Of a stretch of 64,000 nt of DNA, positions 12,589 to 22,024 are shown piece by piece (position 1 is the first letter of the stretch; each line of letters starts with the position of its first letter). The translations under genes and the position numbers were made by a program. The notes below the pieces were generated by a model. The model had not been told where the DNA came from and made no database searches. It saw only the letters and a list, made by a program, of their open reading frames with translations. The stretch comes from Chrysemys picta bellii. Lineage: Eukaryota. The stretch spans positions 8,804,001-8,868,000 of the forward strand of contig NC_088791.1 of the NCBI RefSeq assembly GCF_011386835.1. The letters are read 5' to 3'.

Positions 12589-12758
12589 CAGTGGTGGGCA
12601 ACCTGCGGCCTGTCAGGGTAATCCACTGGCGGGCTGCAAGACAGTTTGTTTACATTGACCGTCCGCAGGCACGACCGCCCGCAGCTGCCAGTGGCCGTGG
12701 TTCGCTGTTCCTGGCCAATGGGAGCTGTGGGAAGCGGCAGCCAGCACGTCCCTGCGGC
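12589..12758. mobile_element. hAT MITE, one end only
   Basis: Starts CAGTGGTGGGCAACCTGCGGCC; no second TIR; CR1 ORF2 resumes much further upstream, implying a deletion. Confidence 0.75.
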
Positions 12759-12962
12759 ACGTTGACTGTTACTTATCTTCTAGGTGTTTGCAAATTGATT
12801 ACTTAATTACTTGCTTCATTATCTTTCCAGGTACTGGAGTTAAGCTGACTGGTCCGTATTTCCCCGGGTTGTCCTTATTTCCCTTTTTATAGGTAGGCAC
12901 TATATTTGCCTTTTTCCAGTCCTCTGGAGTCTCTCCCGTCTTTCATGACTTTTCAAAGATAA

Positions 12963-13110
12963 GGAGTATTTGTGGCACCTTAGAGACTAACAAATTTATT
13001 AGAGCATAATATATAATATATGCTCTAATAAATTTGTTAGTCTCTAAGGTGCCACAAGTACTCCTGTTCTTCTTTTTGCGGATACAGACTAACACGGCTG
13101 CTACTCTGAA
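12963..13110 (+). mobile_element. Mini fold-back Penelope insertion (pLTR 3' end only)
   Basis: 46-bp inverted arms 12963-13008 / 13019-13064 (1 mismatch); AT-only 10-nt loop; TSD ACTTTTCAAAGATAA at 12948-12962 and 13111-13125; 13020-13107 matches 24017-24104 at 87/88 nt. Confidence 0.96.
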
Positions 13111-14224
13111 ACTTTTCAAAGATAATCACTAATGGCTCAGACATCTCCTCAGTCAGTTCCTTGAGTATTCTAGGATGTATTTCATTAGCCAATGGTGTCT
13201 TGAAGACACCTAACTTGTCTCAGTAATTTTTAACTTGTTCTTTCCCTATTTTAGCCTCTAAACTACCTCATTTTCACTGCCATTCACTATGTTAGAAGTC
13301 CAATTGCTACTAACCTTTTTGGTGAAAAACAAACAAAAAAAGTCATTTAGCACTTCTGCCATTTCTACATTTTCTGTTATTGCATTTCCCCCCTCATTGA
13401 GTAACGGACCTACCCTGTCCTTGGTATTCCTCTTGCTTCTAATGTATTTGTAGAATGTTTTCTTGTTACCCATAATGTCTCTAGCTAGTTTAACCTCGTT
13501 TCGTGCCTTGGCCTTTTTATTTTTGTCCCTACATACTTGTGTTATTTGGTTAAATTCATCCTTTGTAATTTGACCTAGTTTCCACTTTTTGTAGGACTCT
13601 TTTTTGAGTTTCAGATCATTGAAGATTTCCTGGGTAAGCCAGGGTGATCTCTTGCCATACTTTCTATCTTTCTTACGCAGTGGGATAGTTTGCTCTTGGG
13701 CCCTTAATAATGTTTCTTTGAAAAACTGCCAACTCTCTTAACTGTTTTTCCCCTTAGACTTGCTTCCCACGGGATCTTACCTACCAACTTTGTGAGTTTG
13801 TTAAAGTCTGCATTCTTGAAATCCATTATCTTTATTGTGCTGTTTTTCTTCCTACCATTCTTTAGAATCATGAACTCTACTATTTCATGATCACTTTCAC
13901 CTAAGCTGCCCTCCACTTTCAAATTCTCAACCAGTTCCTCCCTATTTGTCAAAATCAAACCTAGAACAGCTATCTCCTAGCACCTTCTGAAATACAAAAT
14001 TGTCTCCAATACATTCCTGTTGGATAATGTGTAGCCTGCTGTATTATTTTCCCAACAGCTATCTGGGTAGTTGAAGTCCCTCATCACCACCAAGTCCTGT
14101 GCTTTGGATGATTTTGTTATTAGATATTATTAGAAATAAGATGGACACATTGGTAATCTCTCTGAATCATAAATTCAAATCCAGGTGGGGCTGGAATTGG
14201 CCAAAAGTTATTAGCATGTGACAC

Positions 14225-14365
14225 ACATTTGGTGGCCTAAATAAAATGAGATGGTGGTGTAACCTACGTAGCTAATCAAGTATCTCTAGACATTTCATTA
14301 ACTGGCAGTCTCATGACAAGAGTCAGGACTGAACAGACAATAGAGACTGACCTCTAGACTCATTC
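14225..14365 (+). mobile_element. AmnSINE1/Deu-domain SINE fragment
   Basis: TTGGTGGCCTA..TAAAATGAG.TGGTGGT and TGGCAGTCTC....AGAG.C.AGGACTGAA.....TAGAGACTGA resemble the AmnSINE1 consensus as recalled. Confidence 0.6.
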
Positions 14366-14804
14366 CCACTTCTGTCCCCTTTTGGTCAAGTTTGAAGCAC
14401 ATTAGTGGGATGGTTTGAAGAAGATGAGACTACTGTTATGATGGCATGGGGATGGTGGGAGGGGCGGGGGAGGGAGTGGGATGTTCCTACACTGGGGATA
14501 AAGAAAATAATTCAGCCTGATGGCATGCCATGCCAGTATGTCCACATAAATCCTTATGAACTTGTCAACTCAATCCGTTCTCCCATCTATGTTTTACTGA
14601 ATATGCATGTGAACTTTTTTTTTTAAAATAAAACAAATCAATTGTAACATTTTGCCTTAAACTAGCAATAGCATTTAGACCACGCTGTGGTCACATGATC
14701 TGTCTCAATGCAGAGCGTAAACGCTTCCAGAAGAGATAGCAGTACGTTGAGGGAGCAAGAATCAGTGTAAAGAAGCACTCAAGTGAATAGGAAAATTCTC
14801 CATT

Positions 14805-15002
14805 GAGAGGGAATTTTGTCTAGTGGTTCAAACAGAAGACTGGGAACCGGACTCCTGGGTTCTATTTAAAGCTCTGCCACTGCCCAAAATGTGACCTTGA
14901 ACTTATTTCAACTGCTTGGTGTCTTAGTTCTCCCATCTGCAAAAATGGTTGTCACCTGCCACACAGGGTGTAACTATCTGTAAAGCACTTTGATATTCTT
15001 GA
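14805..15002 (+). mobile_element. MIR/CORE-SINE
   Basis: GTCTAGTGGTT...GACTCCTGGGTTCTA...GCTCTGCCACT...TGTGACCTTGAAC...TCCCATCTGCAAAAATGG. Confidence 0.78.
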
Positions 15003-16197
15003 GTCACAGTGTCAGCGTAAAATATTATTAGAATTTATTGATTAGAATCACAGGTGCTTCCTCAAAGGTTACGTTCACCCTCGAAACCAAGAAATTCAAT
15101 TGATCAGCCACAATTGTAGCCTAATAGATTTTGATTACTGCTGCAAGTGGACCTTAAAGAAGACTAATCTGTTTACTCTAATAATAAAGAAATCCACTTT
15201 GAACCAATGTGTGCAACAACCACCACTGGTGGCCAGTTGAATGCCCCTCACTGCGATCATTCTTCTTACTAACATGCCGTAATTTGACAGGATAGAAACA
15301 ATGTGCCATTGCTGTTGGTAATGTTTCCTCAGGAAAGTCACAAGTGATCCTGGCAGTGACTTAGCTTAGCGTGCGAGATAATCAGTCCAGGCAATGGGGT
15401 AATTATCTCAAGCAAGTCATTATCCAGCAAGCAGCTGTGCACTCAGATTTGTGAATGAGACTTTAACTAGATTTTCAGCAATCAGCCCTTTGTCAGAAAC
15501 TTTTATGCCCTACCATATACGACAAATGATGCTGCTATGATACATGGTAGTAAATGCATATGCCTTAAAGGCCAATTCCAGTCTAGTTTGCACTGTACAG
15601 TCCAGGAGTTGCAAAGATCAAACAGCAAGAAACACTTTTCACTGGGCATAAACCATGAAACACGCATTTCCAAAGTCATTGTTGGTAGTGGCCACCTTGC
15701 TGAAAAGATCTATCATTTTTGAGGTTGACAGCATGGGAACAGGATATAAGAAGTTGTCAAGCTGTTTTCAGCCTGATTGAATACTGGTTTAAACAACTGC
15801 AGCATAAACTTTAATGCAGAATATTTGACAATTTAGTTTTTTGTTCATGACTGTTCAGGGAGTATTAAAAGGGGAGTGATTAAAAAAGTCTTCCATTTGA
15901 CTACAGAATAATGGCTTTAAAAGTACTTATAAGGTCCTATTCCTAGTTAAGCGCAGATTTTTTTTAATGGGCTACTACAATGTTTTTAGCTTCATCATTG
16001 TAGAATTACATCACTAATTTGAGAGGGACATGATGGGTTAGGATGGCAGAAAACCTTTCCCCTACGATGGAGGTCTTTGCTTCAAACATGTCAAGGTGGA
16101 CTATGCAAAGGGAGTGGATGGTTCTTAATGGTTCTTAACCCAGTTCCTAGTGAATGTGTGTCTACATCATAAAACTACCACCACGACTAGCCACTTT

Positions 16198-16380
16198 GCG
16201 TACATCTTCACATCAGCTAAACACCCTCGTATGGCCTGCGTTGGGCAATTAGGGCTCACAGGGGTTGGGCTGTGGGGCTGTTTCACTCCTGTGCAGACTT
16301 CTGGGCCCAAGCCAGAGTCCAAGCTCTGGACCCCTCCCACCTCGCAGGGTCCTGTGTCTAGTTACTGTGTAGACATACCC
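16198..16380. mobile_element. PIF/Harbinger-type MITE (third family)
   Basis: Right TIR GTGTAGACATACCC; decayed left TIR GCGTACATCTTCAC; TTT on both flanks. Confidence 0.65.
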
Positions 16381-17135
16381 TTTGTGGCAAGCCTCACTAA
16401 AGGTACTAAGGACTGACAAATTATAGGGACTGAATGAGAAATCACAATCCAGTCCGTCTCTTCAACCTCAAATGGACCTTAAGCAAATTCACATGGCTAC
16501 AGAGGAGGCAGGCATATATCATATATATCATCTTGCTAAGAATCCAAAACAAATTTGGAAGGTTAATAGCTTCAATGGCCCTGATCCAAAGCCTACACTC
16601 TGATATGACCAAATGGAATTATCAGCTCCTGATAAGTTCATCTGCTTGGGCAGACTGATTTGGATTTCTTATCCATTCTAATTCTCACAAGCGAGTTACT
16701 GATGTAAAAGAAAAAGAGAAAAAAGCAAGATACCCAAGGAATGCCCACAACAATCATCTGCGTTTTTTCCTATACAACTCTAATGGACTTGACTGGTTAT
16801 GCTGTTTCAAGCCATCTAGTCTTGAATTAAAATCACTCTGCCTTATATGGCATCTTTTTATTTCAGTTTTAATACAGTTTTTCTGCCCTGGAAGCCAGAA
16901 GACCAGGCTTGAAATGTGATTTTCCACTATCTACTGAAAGTCAAGTCTCAAATTTTACTGCCCACAACCGACCATGTCTATTTCCTCTTTCATTTGGAAC
17001 TTGTGAAAGTGAGGAACTATTAGTACTGGAGACAGGCATGGGATGAGTAAGTATCATGCAAAACTTCCACCAGTGCAGACACACCTCACTCGAACTATAC
17101 CACACTCTGGCCAATCCAGCTCTGCCAATGCTTTT

Positions 17136-17870
17136 CATGGATTCCAAGTTTCCAAGGCCAGAAGGGACCATTGTGATCGTCTAGTCTGACCTGCATAATA
17201 CAAGCTATAGAACTTCCCCAGAATCATTCCTAGAGCAGATCTTTGGGAACAAAATCCAATCTTGATTTTAAAATGGTCTGTGTTGGAGAATTCACCACAA
17301 CACTTGGTAAATTGTTCCAATGGTTCATTACTCTTAATGTTAAAAATTTACTTATTTCCAGTCTGAATTTGTCTAACACCAACTTTCAGACACTGAATCA
17401 TATGATACCTCTCTCTGCTAGATTGAAGAGCCTGTTACTAAACATATGATCCCCAAGTAGATACTTACAGACTATAATAAAGTCACCTCTTAGCCTTCTC
17501 TGTGTTAAACTGAATAGATTCAGCTCCTTGAATGTATCACTATCAGGCAGGTTTTCTAATCCTTTAATCATTCTCATGGCCCTCTCCAATTTATTAACAT
17601 CCTTCTTGAATTGTGCACACCAGCACTGGATACAGTGTTCCAGCAGTTGTTGCACCCGTGCCAAATACAGAGGTAAATCTCCTACTCGAGATTCCCTGTT
17701 TATACATCCAAAGATCACACTAGCCCTTTTGGCCACAGCATTGCGGTAGGAGCTCACGTTTAAATGATTATCCACCATGACTCCCAAATCTTTTTCCACG
17801 TTGCTGCTTCCCTGGATAGAGTCTCATATCCTGTAAGTCTGGTTGATGTTCTTTGTTCTTCTATGTATAC
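17136..17870 (-). mobile_element. CR1 LINE, 5'-truncated and degenerate
   Basis: ORF 17398-17799 (EKDLGVMVDNHL...LLEHCIQCW...KELNLFSLTQRRLRGD) is CR1 ORF2 C-terminus; 3' UTR at 17136-17230. Confidence 0.92.
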
Positions 17871-17875
17871 ATTAA

Positions 17876-18206
17876 GTATCAGGGGGTAGCTGTGTTAGTC
17901 TGTATCCACAAAAACAACAAGGAGTCCGGTGGCACCTTAAAGATTAACAGATTTATTTGGGCATAAGCTTTCTTCAGATGCATGGAGTGAAAATGACAGA
18001 TACAGGCATAAATATACTGGCATATGAAGAGGAGGGCGTTACCTTACAACTGGAGAACCAGTATTGACAAGGCCAATTTAGTCAGGGTGGACGTGGTCCA
18101 CTCCCAATAATTGATGAGGAGGTGTCAATACCAAGAGAGGGAAAATTGCTTTTGTAGTGAGCCAGCCACTCCCAGTCCCTATTCAAGCCCAAATTAATGG
18201 TGTTAA
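17876..18206 (-). mobile_element. Penelope-like 3' fragment (pLTR plus end of endonuclease)
   Basis: Reverse-complement terminus ...GGATACAGACTAACACAGCTACCCCCTGATAC and GGTGCCACCGGACTCC block, homologous to the other pLTRs here. Confidence 0.88.
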
Positions 18207-18788
18207 GCCGTATTAAAACCCATATTGTTTGCCTGTGCCCAGCTTCCCAAGTGAGCTAGATCGCTCTGCATCTGCTTTCTAGTTCTCATCTATAAAAACG
18301 CCTACTAGTCTAATGGAAGGTTCTTCACACAACTCTGTTTATGTTTCACGCTCCTGCCTTGCAGCTTGCCTGCTACTGCAGTCCTGCTATTACACCTCAG
18401 TTCTGATCTGTAACATTTCTGCTATTCCAAAGCTAGGATGAGATTCACCAAAGTTATCTTCAGCTCATGTAAGGATCTGAACTCAGAAGCCCAGAGGTAA
18501 AAAGCTACTCCACAGGTGCCCCCGCTCCCTGTCATTTTCCATATGCTCATTTAACAATCAGGGCTGCTCTTCGGCTGGAACAATGCCATTTTGTGACATC
18601 ATATATGAGGGACATGTTATTGATAATGCATTAAGTCCCCTAGTCTTGCAAATGGAGGCTGGCAGGTGACTGTAAAAGATTCACATTGCAGGGAGGAGAA
18701 ATCCATGTTAAAAACCTCGTAGTTTGAAGGTGTTGTGCTGCCCCACAATATTTTACTGTGAGGAGAAGAGTCTCCAAAGCAGCTAAGG

Positions 18789-18970
18789 CAATATTTCTGA
18801 ACCTTTCTGAACCAGGGACCGGCTTGCTGCCTTCCTAAACTGTGTCAGGGAGATCTCAGGGACCCGGCTGTCTGCTGCCCTTCTAAACTGTGTCAGGGAA
18901 ATCTCGGGGACTGGCAAGGAGGCTGCCGTGGACTAGCGCCGGTTCACAGACCGGTGGTTGAGAAACACTG
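18789..18970. mobile_element. hAT MITE with internal ~45-bp tandem duplication
   Basis: Termini CAATATTTCTGAACC...GGTTGAGAAACACTG; TSD AGCTAAGG / ATCTAAGG; CAGGGACC..GCTGCC.T.CTAAACTGTGTCAGGGA.ATCT occurs twice. Confidence 0.85.
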
Positions 18971-19219
18971 ATCTAAGGGACTTGCATTCCTAAATCCCTC
19001 TAGGCACTTTCGAAAAATCTTTCCTCTGACTCTAGCTTTCGTTTGTTTGTGATAGTTTAAATATATTCTAAACTTGCTGGAGATACAGCAACTCAAATCC
19101 ATTGTTCTTGGATCAATTGACTGGTTGTATTTGTCTTGAAGTTCATTAGTATGAGCAACAAAACATGAAATACAGACTGCTACAGACTGTTTTCTAAACC
19201 AAAATATAAATTGCAAATA

Positions 19220-19412
19220 CATAGAATCTCAGGGTTGGACGGGACCTCAGAAGATCATCTAGTCCAACACCCTGCTCAAAGCAGGACCAATCCCCAATTA
19301 AATCATCCAACAGATTTTTGCCCCATATCCCTAAATAGTCCCCTCAAGAATTGAACTCACAACCCTGAGTTTAACAGGCCAATGCTCAAACCACTGAGCT
19401 ATCCCTCCCCCC
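19220..19412 (-). mobile_element. Tortoise Pol III/SINE (tRNA-derived head plus CR1-derived tail)
   Basis: Head GGGAGGGATAGCTCAGTGGTTTGAGCATTGGCCTGTTAAACTCAGGGTTGTGAGTTCAATTC has A and B boxes; tail 19220-19300 aligns to the CR1 3' end at 58116-58200. Confidence 0.92.
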
Positions 19413-19419
19413 TCTGACA

Positions 19420-19800
19420 GTGATACATATTATGTAGGCACTTGGACAGCACTTTTGATCTTCATAGAACATTTCAATTGTTAATCAATCCTCAAAATAC
19501 CGCTGTCATGTGCAGGGGTGCTAGAACAATTTGTATAGTGAAGATGCTGAGAGCCATCCAACCAAACTATATACCTTGTATATAATGGAAACCACTTCAA
19601 GCCAGGGAGTGCGGCAGCATCTGCCGCACCCGTAGTTTCAGCACCTATGGTCATGTGGACAGGTAATAATATGTCCATTTTATAGATGGGATAAGTGAGG
19701 CGGAGAGGTTAAATGACTTGAAAAAGGCCATGAGAGGAGTCAATATCAGAGCCAGGGTTAGAACTCAGTTCTGACCTCCCAGTCCTGTGCACTAATCACC
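19420..19800 (-). mobile_element. MIR/CORE-SINE interrupted by a hAT MITE
   Basis: CCATTTTATAGATGGGA.AAGTGAGGCGGAGAGGTTAAATGACTTG CORE segment; both halves flank the MITE at 19513-19649. Confidence 0.75.
19513..19649. mobile_element. hAT MITE
   Basis: Termini CAGGGGTGCTAGAAC...GTTTCAGCACCTATG; exact 8-bp TSD GTCATGTG (19505-19512, 19650-19657). Confidence 0.9.
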
Positions 19801-20689
19801 ACGCCAGACCTCTCAATGGGCCTCCATAGATTTCGTTATCACCCAAGTATGGAGAAGAAATAGGTTTATTACAATCCCTACTAGTCCTCATGAGACTGAT
19901 AAAGAACTGTTACAATGAAGCATGTCCCATTTAAATACTGTAACCTTTAAGCCAAATTTCTTAACAACAACATACTGTTTAGTCAGCTTGAAATGTTCTA
20001 AGATTTGCAAGCATCCCCAGTTTCCAAAGGTCAGACACAAGATAATACTGTATTTAAAAAAACAAAACAAAAAAACCCTTATAGCAAACGTAAGAAAGCT
20101 GGTAACAATACTTCATGATGGATTTACTGTTGTTTATTGGATGATTACATCATCTGGACTCCTTGTGAAAGGGACAGGCTAAGGCCCAGGAAGACGAATA
20201 AGCCCTACCACCAGATTAGTGCACTATAATGGGTGAGATGCAGAGATGCCATTAACGGCAGGGTTGGCGGTGTGATTTACCCTTCTGCACAGGCAAAACA
20301 TAGGTGTAACTTACTGGGTGGGTGTTAGGGACAGTAGGAAAAATGCAAGGGAAGCAACACAGGAATGAAAGCTGGTTTCAGAATGAAGGGGAGGTAAGGA
20401 AGTCATTCAAATCAGATCCAGGTGCGTCAAGTACTAGTCCCTGAGAAAGAGAGAGTTAAGGACGAGGGAGAGATTGTTTCGTGTTTGGCAGCCTCCTCCC
20501 TCGACACACCAATGCAAAAGTTAGGGAGTAAAAACCAGTACATAGGTAAAAGCCACCAAATTAAGGGGACCCATATCGGAACGCATGTAAAACTTCTCTC
20601 TAAAAAAAATTGCACACTGCTTCTGCTGCCAATACAGCCACAGGCATGTGACAACAGAAAAATGCTGGCGAGTCGCTCAGCTTGGGTAC

Positions 20690-20909
20690 CTGCAGAAGAG
20701 GCCGTTGAACTCCTAGCATCTTCATGGTGTCCGCATTGGCCAATATCTTCAGGGGGTCGGATGCCTTGGTGACACCTTCTATCTCTTTGTTGATCTCTGC
20801 TAGGACTTGATTAAGGAAGATGTTCTTGATGTACATGGTGAGGAACTCCCGGAGCGGACATTGTTTGGTTGGGCCAAGGCCCATGGCATGCTCAATCTCC
20901 TGAATAAAT
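20690..20909 (-). CDS. EXOC4: Internal coding exon of exocyst complex component 4 (Sec8); exon 11 by my recollection of the human structure
   Basis: Translates (R)[73 protein letters not shown], nearly identical to vertebrate EXOC4. Acceptor ttttatattttag|A with a candidate branch point CTAAG (A at 20936); donor CAG|GTACCC; 220 bp, phase 2 in, phase 0 out. Confidence 0.97.
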
Positions 20910-21012
20910 CTAAAATATAAAAAGGGAAATCATACTTAGCCACACAATACAATTACCAAAAAAGAAGAACAGGAGGACTTGTGGCACCTTAGAGACTAAC
21001 AAATTTATTAGA

Positions 21013-21052
21013 GCATAAGCTTTCGTGGACTATAGCCCACTTCTTCGGATGC
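21013..21052 (-). ncRNA. Minimal hammerhead motif in the inverted arm (EXOC4 sense strand)
   Basis: Exact reverse complement of 23981-24020. Confidence 0.78.
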
Positions 21053-21247
21053 ATATAGAATGGAACATATATTGAGGAGATATATATACACACATACAGA
21101 GAGCATAAACAGGTGGGAGTTGTCTTACCACCTCTGAGAGGCCAATTAATTAAGAGAAAAAAACTTTTGAAGTGATAATCAAGCTAGCCCAGCACAGACA
21201 GACAGTTAGATAACAAGTGTGAGAATACTTACAAGGGGAGATAGATT

Positions 21248-21940
21248 TCAATGTTTGTAATGGCCCAACCATTCCCAGTCCTTATTTAAACCGGAGTTGA
21301 TTGTGTCTAGTTTGCATATCAATTCTAGCTCAGCAGTTTCTCGTTGGAGTCTGTTTTTGAAGTTTTTCTGTTGTAATATAGCCACCCGCAGGTCTGTCAC
21401 TGAATGACCAGACAGGTTAAAGTGTTCTCCCACTGGTTTTTGAGTATTTTGATTCCTGATGTCAGATTTGTGTCCATTAATTCTTTTGCGTAGAGACTGT
21501 CCGGTTTGGCCAATGTACATGGCAGAGGGGCATTGCTGGCACATGATGGCATATATCACATTGGTAGATGTGCAGGTGAACGAGCCCCTGATGGTATGGC
21601 TGATGTGATTAGGTCCTATGATGATGTCACTGGAATAGATATGTGGACAGAGTTGACATCGGGGTTTGTTACAAGGATAGGTTCCTGGGTTAGTGGTTTT
21701 GTTCAGTGATGTGTGGTTGCTGGTGAGTATTTGCTTTAGGTTGGGGGGTTGTCTGTAAGCGAGGACAGGTCTGTCTCCCAAGATCTGTGAGAGTAAAGGA
21801 TCATCTTTCAGGATAGGTTGTAGATCTCTGATGATGCGCTGGAGAGGTTTTAGTTGGGGGCTGAAGGTGACAGCTAGTGGTGTTCTGTTATTTTCTTTGT
21901 TGGGCCTGTCTCGGGGACATAACCTCATAACCTCAGCCAT
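21248..21940 (-). CDS. Junction-created stand-alone GIY-YIG endonuclease ORF (230 aa from the first ATG); expression unknown
   Basis: ATG at 21940 (MAEVMRLCPR, from antisense RT sequence and the junction) in frame with DRPNK...CNKPRCQLC...VIYAIMC...YIGQTGQ...KH-stop of the inverted arm. The track's 21949 start is GTG. Confidence 0.45.
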   Translation of the reverse strand: MAEVMRLCPRDRPNKENNRTPLAVTFSPQLKPLQRIIRDLQPILKDDPLLSQILGDRPVLAYRQPPNLKQILTSNHTSLNKTTNPGTYPCNKPRCQLCPHIYSSDIIIGPNHISHTIRGSFTCTSTNVIYAIMCQQCPSAMYIGQTGQSLRKRINGHKSDIRNQNTQKPVGEHFNLSGHSVTDLRVAILQQKNFKNRLQRETAELELICKLDTINSGLNKDWEWLGHYKH

Positions 21941-22024
21941 GCAGAACACAACGCCATCTACAGCCTCAGAAACAACCCTGACATCATAATCAAAAAGGCT
22001 GACAAAGGAGGTGCTGTCGTCATC

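Larger units (their letters stand above)
12497..14119 (-). mobile_element. CR1 LINE, degenerate, internally deleted, hosting two younger inserts
   Basis: 3' tail AGAATTCATAGAATC at 12497; ORF2 fragments (ORFs 13258-13473 and 13704-13958: [24 protein letters not shown]); APE endonuclease DFNYPD-CWE motif near 14040-14090. Confidence 0.93.

Noticed and set aside
15220-15235. CTCF-like TGGCCACCAGTGGTGG
   Set aside because: Lacks the conserved GGC end of the core motif.
19330-19412. tRNA gene
   Set aside because: The tRNA-like head runs into a CR1-derived tail and lacks a proper acceptor stem; it is a SINE.
20422-20772. Overlapping ORFs around the EXOC4 exon, and the ORF read-through past 20690
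   Set aside because: Antisense or intronic read-through; homology stops at the GT donor.
20959-21911. Inverted arm as an assembly artefact or as L1-style twin priming
   Set aside because: The exact 13-bp TSD, the 30-nt tail asymmetry and the same layout at other loci argue for a real event. Twin priming does not duplicate sequence. Long-read confirmation is still advisable.
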